A stretch of 64,000 nt of DNA from Felis catus (taxonomy: Eukaryota). The DNA is taken from the NCBI RefSeq assembly GCF_018350175.1, contig NC_058373.1, forward strand, positions 107,820,001 through 107,884,000, read 5' to 3'. The position numbers and the translations under genes are program-made. Positions 38,150 through 51,277 of the stretch are shown piece after piece. The notes under the pieces were generated by a model. That model was given only the letters and a program-made list of their open reading frames with translations. It was not told where the DNA came from and did no database searches. How positions within the stretch are numbered: position 1 is the stretch's first letter; every line of letters begins with the position of its first letter.

Positions 38150-38541
38150 TTTCTTATTTTTATTTTTTATTTACATTTTGTTATTTTTTAAATTTACATC
38201 CAGATTAGTTAGCATCTAGTGCAGCAATGATTTCAGGAGTAGATTCCTTAGTGCCCCTGACCCATTTAGCCCATCCCCCCTCCCACAACCCCTCCAGTAA
38301 CCCTCTATTTGTTTTCCATATTTAAGAGTCTCTTATGTTTTGTCCCCCTCCCTGTTTTTATATTATTTTTGTTTCCCTTCCCTTATGTTCATCTGTTTTG
38401 TCTCTTAAAGTCCTCATGTGAGTGAATTCGTATGATTTTTGTCTTTCTTGAATTAATTTCACTTAGCATAATACCCTCCAGTTCCATCCACATAGTGGCA
38501 AATGGCAAGATTTCTTTCTTTTGGATTGCTGAGTAATACGC

Positions 38542-38593
<52 letters not shown>

Positions 38594-38986
38594 ATACATA
38601 CCACATCTTCTTTATCTATTCATCCATTGATGGACATTTGGGCTCTTGCCATACTTTTGCTATTGTTGATAGTGCTGCTGTAAACATTGGGGTGATGGAC
38701 ATTTGGGCTCTTGCCATACTTTAGCTATTGTTGATAGTGCTGCTATAAACGTTGGGGTGCATGTGTCCCTTCGAAACAGCACACCTGTATCCCTTGGATA
38801 AATACCTGGTAGTGCAATTGCTGGGTTGTAGGGTAGTTCTATTTTTAGTCTTTTGAGGAACCTCCATACTGTTTTCCAGAGTGGCTGCACCAGTTTGCAT
38901 TCCCACCAGCTGTGCAAAAGAGATCCTCTTTCTCCGCATCCTCGCCGACATCTGTTGTTGCCTGAGTTGTTAATGTTAGCGATTCT
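38150..38986 (-). mobile_element. 5'-truncated felid L1 (ORF2 end plus 3' UTR) containing (TG)n and a 65-bp tandem duplication
   Basis: The minus ORF reads [19 protein letters not shown], the L1 ORF2 C-terminus. TSD taagtcaggYttt at 38136 and 38986. Confidence 0.93.
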
Positions 38987-39189
38987 AAGTCAGGTTTTTT
39001 AGATAGTAGGTCACTTTTAGTGATTCTTTCAGCTTCATGAATGCCCCAAAACTTATTTTCTGGTGTTAGTGTTAATTCTTTCCTTAATAGACCCTTACAG
39101 ACAGAATGCCCTGGGAAATCCTATCGAGGATCTCTTACTGTGTTTGAGATGTGAGGTGGGTGGTGGAAGGGCATCAGCTTCAGATGAGA

Positions 39190-39300
39190 GCGACCGGCTC
39201 TGCTCCCCGTACTTCCTAGCTGTGTGGCCTTGAGCAATGGTTGCCTTACATGAAAAACATGGGGCTAGTGGCATCTACCCCCAGGGTGTTGTGCATAAGC
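39190..39300 (+). mobile_element. MIR fragment
   Basis: acttcctagctgtgtggccttgagcaa...aaacatggggctagtg...ccagggtgttgtg. Confidence 0.5.
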
Positions 39301-39814
39301 AAGCATACACACACCCACAAAGGGCTGCATTAGGACCTGATGCAGATTATGTACCCACCCATTTTGGAAGGAAATCCATACCCAAGTTACTCCACATACT
39401 TGGTGGAAGCCATCTAAAAGGCACTAAGAAAAGTCTGATGACATAAGTCTCCTTTCTTGGACATTGTTTCAAATCCTAGACAAACACTGAGCTTGGCACG
39501 TGTGTCATATTCTGGGAGGGTGCAAAGTACATCCTGGTGTGTGTGCCAGAGTGCCTTCAGTAGGAGTTACCATAGTCAGTGAAGCTGTGAGTGGGAGAGA
39601 AGGTGTGGAAGGATGGCTACCTGTGAGGGGAGCATTACTTTGCCAGTTTCCTGCTGGCTGGGCCCTCGGGAACATAGGTTGCCCCTATTCCTAAATCTGC
39701 CCATTAGAGCCAATGCTACCCTTACCCCTAAGTCACTCCTTGAGGATCTAGATAATGTCTAGATTGATGCCGCTGGCATTTCCTTGTCAGGACTGATTGT
39801 GTTATGGATTGTGT

Positions 39815-39816
<2 letters not shown>

Positions 39817-39861
<45 letters not shown>
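39817..39861. repeat. (TG)n microsatellite
   Basis: About 22 TG units. Confidence 0.95.
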
Positions 39862-39864
<3 letters not shown>

Positions 39865-40856
39865 CCAGCCCTATTCATGAGCAGCCCCACTGCCATGGGT
39901 GCTTTATAGGAATGTTGATAGGACAACAGATAGGGATTAGAGGTCTATTCTCCTGTCTAGCATGACCAAGGGAGCAGTGGACCCGGGCATTTCCTCTTTG
40001 GGATCATATTGAAAACCAGACTCTGTGGTTGGTTAGTTCTTTAAGCACAGATGCACAATTGCAATGAGTGCTTTCTTCCAATAGCTATGTTAAGATGAAT
40101 GAGTTAATGTTTTCAAGACATTTCTAGGTCCCAGAAAGAAGGTGTGTTTTAAAGGCGGATTGTATAAACTATTGGCTGTTAATTTCCTACCTCTAGAGGA
40201 TCCAATATTAAATGCCAGGGCAGACATTGTAAATTGTCAGGCAGCATTGGCCCCTCTTCTCCACCTTTTTCCCCAGTACCAGGATTTTGTTAGGTCTGGT
40301 CACCAGCCTGACCCAAGTGCTGCCCATCAACTTGGAAAAGCCCTGGGTGTTTACTTTGTTGTTTATTCAAAAATTGCAGTTGGTTCACTCCATGTGGATA
40401 TTTTTATAGTATTGGCCTCTCCCCAAATATTTGCCTTAGTTTATTAAATTACTTTCTCATTTATGAGTTAAAGTGTGTGTTGACTTTCGTGGTTTTAATT
40501 GTACAAGCTTGGTTGTCTTTGTACTTCCAGATGGTGTCCCTTGTTTGAGTCCATAAACGGGGTTTGTTTGCTTGCTGGCTTGTTTAGGGCTTAACCACCA
40601 CCCAATTCCTTCTTAAGTTAAAGATGGTGTTATTATGTTCACGTGAAAATCCATTTTAAATGTACAACTTAATTACTAATTAAAGTAGCTCCTGTGCATT
40701 TTGGAGGCAAAACTGCAATTTTGTTGCATGTGAAGGAAGAACATGCACTGAAAAAGGATGAACTTTTGTGTGGATTGTAGGTAGATTATTATGAATCCAA
40801 AGGACTGAAGGTAGGCTCAGCTGTTTCTGGGAAACCTGATGGGTATCCCCAAGGTA

Positions 40857-41032
40857 CAAGTAAAACCTTGGTTTGTGAGCATAATTCATTCCGGAAACAT
40901 TCTTGTAATCTAAAGCACTCATATATCAAAGTGAGCTTCAAGAACCATTGGCTCAGTCGTGCTCATGTTCAGCATCACATACTACTCGTATTGCAAGACT
41001 GCTCATTTATCAAGTTAGCGTTTATTAGAAAT
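40857..41032 (-). mobile_element. Second, truncated copy of the Tigger-like MITE
   Basis: TA-caagtaaaaccttggtttgtgagcataatt... is the reverse complement of the distal part of 4015-4255. Confidence 0.75.
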
Positions 41033-41299
41033 ATTAGAAATATTCCTTTAAGGAATAGAGGGGGAGGGTCTGCTGCCTATAAAGGCAAACAGAGTCAAGA
41101 TCTGGGTGTTTTTTCCTACTTCTAGCATCATTTCTGGCCCATGGAGTATAATGATGGAGGCTCTTGTGACTAAGTTGCTCCTTCTTCATCCCCCTCATAT
41201 TCTCGGATGCTCCCTCTTCCTCTCTGTCAGGGGGAACCCAGTAGGCTTCCTGAATTGAGGAGATAGATCTGAATCCAGGAAGAGTATGGCAGCTGGAGG

Positions 41300-41925
41300 A
41301 CTCAGGATAGAACACCAGGAAGGAGACAGTTACCCAGAAAGCAAGAACTCCAGAGAAATACAAAGTGTCCCCCTTGAGGATTCACTTGAGTGCTGATCAG
41401 TATGTAGGAACTACCTGAGGCCAGGGAAAGAGCCATCTAAAGGATCAGAGAGAACTGTTCTGGTGCTTGCTCAGGGCCAGGAATAGTGCCTGTTCCTACT
41501 AGCCAGACTATAAAACCTCAGGATTCATGGAGCATTGGGTTGAGTACATGGAAGGGTCTTGGCTGCCTAGACTCAGCACTGTTCTGGCTCACCTAGCAAA
41601 TCTAAAAAGCAAGATCTGATAGGATCAGACTATTTCCAAGAAACTTGACTGTGTCCTCAAACAAAGCTCAAGAATATTTATATGATGCAAAACTATCCAG
41701 TACTCAACAGGTGGAATCCACAATGTTTGGCATCCAGTCAAAAATTCCCAGGCATGCAAAGAAGCAAGAAAATACAACCTGTAATGGGAGGTAAATCAGT
41801 CCATTGAAAGGAACCCAGAACTAACACAGATCTTAGAATCAGCAGACAAGACATTAAAACAGTTATGATAATGATCCCATATGTTCAAAAGTTAAATACA
41901 GAGATGAAAGGTTAAAAAAAGGAAA
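41300..41925 (+). mobile_element. Old L1 5' region / ORF1-start fragment (L1MC/L1MD-like)
   Basis: cagggccaggaatagtgcctgttcc...catccagtcaaaaattcccaggcatgcaaagaagcaagaaaatac...agcagacaagacattaaaacag. Confidence 0.65.
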
Positions 41926-42374
41926 CAAATTGGATCTCAAACATTACGTTTCTTTTAATCAATCCTTACATTACTTCCTTATGTTTCTAATCCTTATGTT
42001 ACTTCCACCAAATCCACATGACCCAAACCTGGTCCCTACTAATGTATCCAATTCCTTAGCTCCTGCTGGTCCACTTGGTGTTCTCTTGAGCCCAGACTCC
42101 AGGGTCATTACTGCAGTACTAACTCATGATGCCTAAGAGTTAGCTGATCCTTTAATCCTCCTTCATGCTTGCCATGCCCATGCCAGACCTTCACAGTCAT
42201 CCTACAGTCCTGGTCCTGGGACAAAGAATGCTGCTGGATCCACTGGTGTAGGACTTCTCGGTGTACCCAGAAAAAATCCTAGTTTGCTTCTTGTGGGTTT
42301 TTCAGGGACTCCAAGACCCTCATATCTGTAAGCCCTTCTTTTTTTTTCTTTTTCTTTTTCTTTTTCTTTTTCCT

Positions 42375-42380
42375 TTTATT

Positions 42381-42447
<67 letters not shown>
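42375..42447. repeat. (TTTA)n microsatellite
   Basis: Long ttta run. Confidence 0.95.
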
Positions 42448-43221
42448 TGTTGTCTTCAAAATTCTGATTCTATACTCTGAAAAAAATCCGGCAGTGACTT
42501 GCATCTGTGTATATGCATTGTCCCTCAGTCTGGCCATCTCCTGTCTGCCTTTCTGCTGGCTGCCAAGGAAACTTCTCTTCTCACAGAGGCTATACCCTTT
42601 ACCTGGGCAGATCCAGCCTTTCTGCCCTCTTGCCATATTCTTCCTCACTTGTCTGACTACACCTTGCGGGGTCCCTTATTCTCCCTTGGTTGCTTTTCCT
42701 TTGTTGATGTTGATGGAGAAAAATTCTTCGTTTGATCCTTGGCTACTATCCTATTTCTTTCCTCCTTGTATAGCCAAGTATCTTTACAAATCCTCTATAC
42801 TCCTCACACTCCTTTTCTTCTCATTCTCTAGTTCTCTCTTGTTCAGATGCCTCCTGATTACAAAATGTGCAGTCCTTTCTTAGCAATCTTCCACTGTGAC
42901 CTTGCTGCTGTATTTGGTTCTGCTTACTCTTCTTCTGAGAGCTTACATCACTCCTATGAATCTGTGTCCTTTATTCTGAGTGGTGGTCCTCCACACCTAC
43001 AGCTCCTTCTCCCACTCCCTTCAATGACAACTCAACCTTCATCATGCTTTTCAGGACCCCCATTTACCCTGTGCCTTGATTCCTGTGGAATCGAGAAAAT
43101 CACATCAGGTGTGACCTCCCTGACACACGTGAGACAGATCTGGGCTGCAGACATAGAGGCAGGGATAGAGAGCAACAGGCTGAGTGAAATCTCCGGATGA
43201 AAACAGTTCCCCATGTTTAAA

Positions 43222-43322
43222 AAATCTTTAAGTAAAGCTTTATGCACATGGTGGGGCTTGAACTCATCACCCTGAGATCAAGAGTCACCTGCTCTACCAA
43301 CTGAGCCAACCAGGTGCCCCCC
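43222..43322 (-). mobile_element. Short-form CanSINE
   Basis: gtggggcttgaactcatcaccctgagatcaagagtcac...ctgagccaaccaggtgcccc. Confidence 0.8.
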
Positions 43323-44297
43323 AAAAAGATCCCCAGGGATGTGAGTGAGGACTACATCCTGCTCCTGACCTTATCTACACTCCCACCCATTCTCCTTCTT
43401 TAGCCTCTATCCCAGAGGACCTGTGCTCCTTCAGGGACTTTGCTTCCCTACCTCTAACTTCTCCATTTCCCTTACTCTTGGTTGCTTTCCCCAACCTGTG
43501 AACGTGCCAAGCCTCCTCCCCCTAATGTCCTCTAGCACTTCCATGGGCAATTCCAATTCACGTCCTCTTTTTCATCCAAATGTCTTGAGAGTGTAGTCTG
43601 TGTACATTGTCTCCACTTCTTTGCCTTCTGTTTTCTCCTCCAGCTACTACTGAAGCTCTCTGGCACCCTTCACCATCATCTACTCAATTAGCTCTTGATG
43701 AAGTGTCAAGGACATCTGTGTTGCCAGGTCGGGTCAGCAGCTTTTGGTTCTCATCTTACTGGAGAACTCTATTGCGTGTGATGATGCTTACACTCCTTCC
43801 ATTTCAGGGCCCTACACTTTTTGACTTCTACAACTCTGAAGTCTTCTGATCATCTCTGCACCACCCTGACTCTTCTTTGTTTGTATTTTTGGACTTCTCT
43901 CCCTCCCCCTCCAGTTTATATTCTCCAGGGTCAGTGCTCAGCCCATGGCTGGTCTCATGCACATCCCTTGGGATCTGTTTTCATCTGGGGATTTCACTCT
44001 GCCTGTTGCTCTCTCCCCCTGCTTCTATGTCTGCATCCCAGATCTCTCTAATGAAGGCCAGCTACCATTGCCCAGTCACATGCTGGACATTCCTACCTGA
44101 GCTCTCACTCATTCTTTGAATTAGCAACCATGCATCTTCTATTCCCATGTTTTGTTGAATATGAAATGTTGAATATGATGAAAAAAAAAAACATTCCCCC
44201 TCAGCAGGGTGCTGTACTATTTTAATCCTTCTCCCATTTCTTTGTCCTTCCTTTGTGTGCTTAACAGGCCTCCATTCCTCATTCTCGATCTTAAAAG

Positions 44298-44489
44298 TGG
44301 GGGCACCAGGGTGACTCAGTCAGATAAGCATCCAACTCTTGTTTTCAGCTCAGGTCATGATCTCACGGTTTGTGGGATTGAGCCGGGTGTGGAGCCTGCT
44401 TGGGATTCTCTCTCTCCCTCTCTTTCTGGCCCTCCCCCACTCTGGCATGCGTGCATGCATATACATCCTCTCAAAATAAATAAACATTA
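44298..44489 (+). mobile_element. Older CanSINE
   Basis: ggggcaccagggtgactcag...ctctcaaaataaataaacatta. Confidence 0.88.
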
Positions 44490-44733
44490 GGGACGCCTGG
44501 GTGGCTCAGTCGGTTAAGCGTCCGACTTCGGTTCAGGTCATGATCTCGTGGTCCGTGGGTTCGAGCCCCGCGTAGGGCTCTGTGCTGACAGCTCAGAGCC
44601 TGGAGCCTGTTTCAGATTGTGTGTCTCCCTCTTTCTCTGACCCTCCCGGTTCATGCTCTCTCTCTGTCTCAAAAATAAATAAATGTTAAAAAAATTTTTT
44701 TTTAAATAAATAAATAAATAAACATTAAAAAAA
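44490..44733 (+). mobile_element. Younger CanSINE inserted in the tail of the preceding SINE
   Basis: gggacgcctgggtggctcagtcggttaagcgtcc... TSD aaataaataaacatta. Confidence 0.92.
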
Positions 44734-45429
44734 TGGACACCCATCCTCATAAGGTCTTTCCTCTTTGGGGAGACTGTCAGTTTTTACCTTTCGCCTCATT
44801 TCTTCCCATGAACTCTGGTTCTATGGTATCTTTCAAACACCTACAACTCAGACCCCGCTCATCATCGTCCTTGCCAGTCAATCGCTTCTGCTTCCTCCAT
44901 TTCTGTCATTGCTGCCTCTGTTCTCCTGGACACCCAAGCCTGAAACCCACATATTTCCTCTACCTACATGTTTTGTCTCTCCAACCAAAGCAAAGGCAGT
45001 TTGAAGTTTGCGTTCTGTTGTGTAGCCTGTACTCCACCGGCTCACCATGCTGATATATGAAGCTTTAGTGAAGCAAAGAGAAGGTAGAAGGAGAAGTGGT
45101 TCCTACCGTTTCCCACTTTAACACGCATCTGCAGAACCTCCGCCCTGTTCAACTTTGACATTTAAGTAGTTATGTCAGAAATGATATTTTTGGATGAGAC
45201 TTCCTCTAGACTTTTATTTTCAGCCAGAAAGAGAGCTACAGGACAGGATTAGCCATTCAAAGATGAGGATATAGAACCAGTTTAATGAGGCTTCTCATTG
45301 GGGATATTTTCAGGAATTCTATTAACAGTACTTACTTTAGATTATACTATGTGAAATCTAATTTCCCTTTGGGTAGTGGATTCCTTTACACTACATTGGG
45401 CCAATTCTATAACTGTCCTGTTACCTTCA

Positions 45430-46040
45430 TTTTTTTTTTTTTTTTAGCTCTATTGAAGTACAGTTGACAAAACTGCAAGATATTTAAAACGTACATCATG
45501 GTGACTTGATACACACATACATTGTGGAAGGATTCCCACCACCTAGTTAATTAACACATCCATCACTGCCTTCAGGTTTTTTTTTAAGTTCTCTGTAACT
45601 GTGGTAAAAGACACATAATATAAAAATTTACCATCTTAATCATTTTAAGTGTTCAGTTCGGTGGTATTTATTATATGTGCATTGTCGTGCAACGACCACT
45701 ACCATCCATCTCCACAACTCTTTCTGGAAGCTGAATAGAAGTTTTATAGAACTGAAACTCTATGCATTAAATAATAAATTCTCATTCCCTCCCCTGTAGC
45801 CCCTGGCGGCCACCCTTCTTTCTGTCTCTGTGACTCTGACTACCCTGAGTATCTGGTATGAGTGGGATCATACAGAATTGTCCTTTTGTGACTTGTTTCA
45901 CTCAGCACGATGGCCTCAAGGCTCATCCATGTTATAGCAGGTGTCAGAACTTCCTTCCTTTTTAGGACTGAATAATAGTCCATTGCGTGTAAATACCACA
46001 CTTCGTTTATCTATTTATCAGTTGATGGGCAAACTCCTAT
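45430..46040 (-). mobile_element. Two L1M (L1MA/L1MB-like) 3' end fragments
   Basis: tattgaagtacagttgacaaa...; gtggtaaaagacacataatataaaaatttaccatc...tgaataatagtccattg. Confidence 0.75.
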
Positions 46041-46162
46041 TACTGTTTTGGACTGAGTCCTGTTCATTTTGAAAACTTCAGTCATACACAGGTGAGACCT
46101 CCTTGGCTCACCTTCCCCAGGTTTGGCCCAGCTTCTTGGAGTGAAGAAGAGGGTGAAGTCTT

Positions 46163-46690
46163 TTTTTTTTTTTTGAGGTATAATTGACAATATCACATGA
46201 TATTAGTTTCAGATGTACAAGGTGATATGCTACAAGTAGATATTGTGAAATGATTACCATAGTAAGTCTAGTTAATGTCCGTTACCTTATATAGTTACCA
46301 AAAAAACCTATTTTCTTGTGATAAAAAATTTTAAGGTCTACTCTCTCAGCAACTTTCTAATTTTTTAAATGTTTTATTTATTTTTGAGAGAGAGAGTGCA
46401 CAAGCATGAGCGGGGGAGGGGCAGAGAGAAAGGGAGACACAGAATCTGAAGCAGGCTCCAGGCTCCGAGCTGTCAGCACAGAGCCTGACACAGAGCTCGA
46501 ACACATGAGCCGTGAGATCATCACCCGAGCCGAAGTTGGACGCTTAACCGACTGAGCCACCCAGGCGCCCCACTCTCATCAACTTTCAAACACGCAAAAC
46601 GGTATTAACTATAGTCGCTGTGCTGTGCTTGACAGTCCCATAACTTATTTATTTTATAACCGGAAGTTTGTATCTTTTGACCCCCTTCAA
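46163..46690 (-). mobile_element. Short L1 3' end (L1MA9/L1_Carn-like) with a nested SINE
   Basis: Poly-T, tgaggtataattgaca... TSD ggtgaagtctt at 46152 and 46695. Confidence 0.8.
46358..46571 (-). mobile_element. CanSINE nested in an L1
   Basis: TSD actctcaKcaactttc. Confidence 0.93.
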
Positions 46691-49302
46691 GGACGGTGAA
46701 GTCTTGTCCTAAGATCTAGCATCCTCTCCCCTTCCTCTCCTTCCCTCTTCCCTGCCTGTCCCCCGAGAGTGATTTTCTTGGAGCCTGTCTCCTCAGCTTC
46801 AGGTTGGAGTCCTTTTCAGGTTCATTCTGACGTTGGGGGAGTGGTGCAGAACTGGTGTGTCGTGGGGTGGCGGTGGGGTAGCTGTCTCCAGAAAGCCCTG
46901 ATGGGAGGGAGCCCTCAGAACTTAGATGATGGCTACTTAGTGTCTTTTGTCCTGGGCTGAAATTCTGGGATGAGAGGAAAAGTCCCACCTAGCATCCTGC
47001 TACACTTAGAAAATCAAAGGGGACCTAGTTCTATACATTTATGAGGGCAGCCCACAGGGATTCCAGAATTCTGTCTTTCTCCTGTCTTCCTCCTTTCAGT
47101 ATTCTTCATACCTGAAAAGGAGGGGCTGGGGTCCAGTATAGGATGTGGATTAAAGCCCCCTCATTAATCACTGACAGCAACTTCAGTCTGCCAAGACAAG
47201 ACTGGTCCTCGGAGTAAGACTTCTTTGAAAGAGCTTCCCTCTTATTGTCTGTACCCCAGACAGCTCTACCGAACAGAACCCCTATTAGCATCTTCCTTTT
47301 GGTAATCTTTCCTGATCTCTCATTATCAGTTGAAACAAAAGAGCCTTATTTCTAGGGCTGTTAGTACAGCACAGTGGAGGAAACTCTTTAAATGGACTGG
47401 CTTAGTGGTTTCTAACCCTAGGTTGGTTATCAAGGCCTTTTCTGTATTTTCCCAAGTCTTGTGTATGTGTAGGTATTTGAACCATGTCTCTCGGGACTAC
47501 TAATATACTTAATGGCAAAATTCAATGCATTCAGGACAGTCTCTAATTGGGTTTAAAAATTTGTTTCAGAAGTATCTAAACACTAGTTGCACACACGTTA
47601 GACATAGTTTGCATTCTGAGAGGTTGGTTGTGGAGTCCTCCTCCCTTCTAAGGGGCTCACCCCAGCAGTTCTGGACCCACAGCTTGGGAATGTCCCAGGA
47701 CCCACTCTTCTTAAAAAGAAAACGAAAAAAAAAAAAAAAAAAGCCTATAGTGTGATTAAATCTTTATCTTCTAAGACTTGATAATCTAAATGAAAGCGTC
47801 TGGGTTGAAAGTGTGTTTGTGTTTGCAGTTTATTGTGTGTGAGGGCTTTTTTGTGTGGATCCTTCTGAGGACTGATGAGGAAGCCACACCAGGGTTGTTT
47901 CTCTGCTGCAAGGGTTGAGGCAAGGTCATCCAACCCGCTGATTGCACTTGAAAAGGGAGAGTGTGTCTTTTGCCACCTCAAAGGGCAGCTGTTTATTGAA
48001 TTTCCCCACCCTCCAATTGTTTTACATATGGAATGGTTCCTGGAGAAAGATCTAACATCTGCACAGGCCTATCCTGTTCCACGGCTGTGTTTACTGAAGC
48101 GAGTTCTGTACTCACATTCATACACTGCAAGCCGCACGTACAGCGTGAAGAAGGGTCCGGCCTGCTCAACAGTTTGGGGAGGACTTACTTGGGAGCATGT
48201 CTCATGGTTGACAGGTCAAGCTCATTCATCCATTCATCGAATATTAGGTTCCTGGTGTGCCAGGCGGTAGGACACAGGGTACCGTGATCAAGCTCCCAGC
48301 CTGGAGAGGAAGGTGGTCATGTAAACACAGTTCAGGATGGTGTGTTATAGTTAGTGCCCAAGTGCCCTGGGGCACCTCCTGGAAGAAGGCCTGATGGCTT
48401 TTGGAGAGAGAGAGAGAGAGATGGAAGATGAAGCAGAGCTTAGAGGGCCACGCGCGATGTGTCATGTAGGTTCTGTCTTTATATCTGGAAGGATTAGCCT
48501 ACGCGTGGGCTGTTAGTTTCATTTGCTGAGAGACACCTCAGAGACCCTCAGAGTAGCAGGAAGCCTTCATGATAGGGTAGACAGCTGTAGTTATCCCCTC
48601 AACCTGAGAATCAGAATTATTCCCTTGGTTGGCATCAAAAGGTGCCACTTAGTCCATGGGTTTTGCATAGGAATTAGTAAATAGAGAGTTCACCAGCAAT
48701 GACTGAGTGCTGCAGGACCAAGGACCGAACATTGGAGCCCAGGCCATTTTCCATCCTGGGAATTATGCTCTGCCCCTTCCTAAACTCCCATTGTGGTTTC
48801 ACATGAAGAGGCCATTGTTCACTTTCCTTCCTAAAAGAAGCAATATATTTAACTTCTGGCTCTCTGCCTAACTGATGGAGACCTGATCTCTATGGAGCCA
48901 ACACCCGTGGCTTCCCATCGGGACAAGCCCTCAGCCTCTGTCTGATCTTTCCTACTTTGGTTGAAGTTACTGTGATTCTACCCTGGCACAGAAGGAGGTT
49001 TGCATTAGGTCCTATTAGGTGGCTACAGCTCCTTCATTCCCACTCAGGGTTTAACAGAAAGAGAGACACGGGGCCTTAGCTCTTTATAGCAGCTAGACCT
49101 ATTACGGGAATTTAAAAGCCAACGTCGGATGTGAAAATCTGTACTATCTGAGCACTTTGAAGCTCAATACAAAAGAGTCTTTATCATGTTGTTGAATAGT
49201 TTGGGTCCCGGCAGGTGTCCTAGAGCAGAAATTTTCAAACTTATTTTTAAGCAACAAAATACTTTTTTTTCCCCAGATGAAATCTACAGAATCCAAATAC
49301 TG

Positions 49303-49517
49303 CAGGGTTTTTTAACTGCCACAAATGACCTTTGGGGTTGGATAACTTTTGTTATGAAGGCTGTGCTGTGTATTGTAGGCTGTTTAGCAGCATCCCTGGC
49401 CTCCACAATCCAGATGCCAGTAGCAAACCACCCCACCCCAGTTGTGATAGCCAAAAATGTCTCTAGACACTGCCAAATGTCCCTAGGGGCAAAATCACTC
49501 CTGGTTAAGAACCAATG
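49303..49517 (+). mobile_element. MER20 (hAT-Charlie)
   Basis: tgtttagcagcatccctggcctc...gatgccagtagc...aaaaatgtctctagacactgccaaatgtccc...ggttaagaaccaatg. Confidence 0.88.
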
Positions 49518-51055
49518 CAATACAATATATAAAACTGATTTTTTCTTTTTGTTTTTAAGAAAGAAGGAACTGATTCTTTGGAAGGGAGATTAAACTCCTT
49601 TAGAACCTGCACAGGGTCCCTGGCCCTTACTGTGGGAGGAACTGCTGTAGAGCTCTGAGCCAAACAGGTGTCCCACCCCAGAGGGGTAGGTCGTCATTTT
49701 TAAAGCCTGGAACACGGGAACTGGTTATCAGTAGAGAAAAAAAAAAAACCAAAAACTAAAATGAAAAACTAAAATTAGACAAATCCTATATTTTAAACCC
49801 AAATATACGCTGAACTGCTTTATATATGTAAGTAGGCATACTTTGTTGGCGTACTTGGATGTGAGAATAAGGGAAGAGAGCTGAGTGTTGTCCACCTAAC
49901 TCCTGGGATTTGGCTATTGCAGTTTGTCATGTTTTGCCACAGACTTGAGCCAAAAGCCTGTAGTTCTCAGTGGTGGAGCTCACCTTTGCTATGTGAACCC
50001 TAGCTTCTACGAGACTCTGCACAACTGGCTCAGCTCACGGAGGCCTGGAAAGGTAGGCTAGCACCTGCAGCCTCTTCCGGCCGGACTCCAGCCGAATCCC
50101 AGTTTGGACCACAGTCATTTCAAAGGCATTGGATGGACGTTTACATTACACGGCTGCCCTTCATACTCAGGGATGCTAACGTGTGCTTCTGTATATACAT
50201 GTGTGAGTGACCCTGCCTCTTCTCCGGAAAGCCCCATGTGCTCTCCTTTCCCCTGCTGCTCTCAGCACCGTTGGGGGGGGGGGGGGTGGTCACTGGGAGC
50301 TTGGTGCATGCCACTCGTACATTTTCCTCATGAACCCAGGCTGATGAAAGTGTTGTGGAAACCTGTCCCACAGGCAGACTCTGTACCCCAGGTATGTGGG
50401 CGTCAGTTAGTATAAAGAATTCACTCGCTGGTGAGTGAGTCACTCTCACCTGTGGGAAGATGCTCAGGGAGGGAGGGAGAGAACTGGCTGCCTAGAGGGC
50501 TCAGCTTTTGTTGGTCTAGCCAGCAAACTCACTCTAACCCCATGCCAGAGCTGGAGCCTAGCATTAAGTCTCAGTGGAGAGCTTGTGCTTTACGTGAGGA
50601 CCCGCCCCTTGTCCTTAGTGATCTGTTTGGCTGCTTGGCTTGCAGCAGTCTCTTGGTGAGTAGAAAAATGTTTCATTTTCCCCAGAGATCACATGATTGC
50701 TACAGTTAGCCTTGGAAACAAAGGAGCAAACAGAACTTATTTTATCTATATGTCCATCTGTGGATCTCCAGCCCTTCTGAGAAACCCTGGGCTTCAGGAG
50801 CCCTGCAGAGGTTTGCTCCGAATTCCTGAAAGAGGCTGATAAGAGCCTGTTGCAACACCCTTCCATCCCCCCTCCTCTCTCCTTTACCTGCCTCTGTGGG
50901 CTGGAGAAAGGGAGCTCAGGGGGACCCGAGACCTCTTACTTACCTGGGCAAGGGACTCGAGGCTTTTCCTGCAGCACCCTCTTACTTGTAATGGGGAAGC
51001 TTGTTGTAAGAATATTTGGGAAAAAGAAAGGTTTCTCCTCTTGGCTTAAGGTTTA

Positions 51056-51277
51056 AAAAAAATTTTTTTTCAACGTTTTTTATATTTATTTTGGGACAGA
51101 GAGAGACAGAGCATGAACGGGGGAGGGGCAGAGAGAGAGGGAGACACAGAATCGGAAACAGGCTCCAGGCTCCGAGCCATCAGCCCAGAGCCTGATGCGG
51201 GGCTCAAACTCACGGACCGCGAGATCGTGACCTGGCTGAAGTCGGACGCTTAACCGACTGCGCCACCCAGGCGCCCC
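51056..51277 (-). mobile_element. Young felid CanSINE
   Basis: Diagnostic acctggctgaagtcgg / actgcgccacc. TSD ttggcttaaggttt. Confidence 0.95.

Noticed and set aside
38660..38951. ORFs containing [19 protein letters not shown]
   Set aside because: Remnant of the L1 ORF2 C-terminus in a 5'-truncated element.
49186..49593. 135-aa ORF
   Set aside because: Mostly MER20 sequence, with no recognisable protein similarity or splice support.
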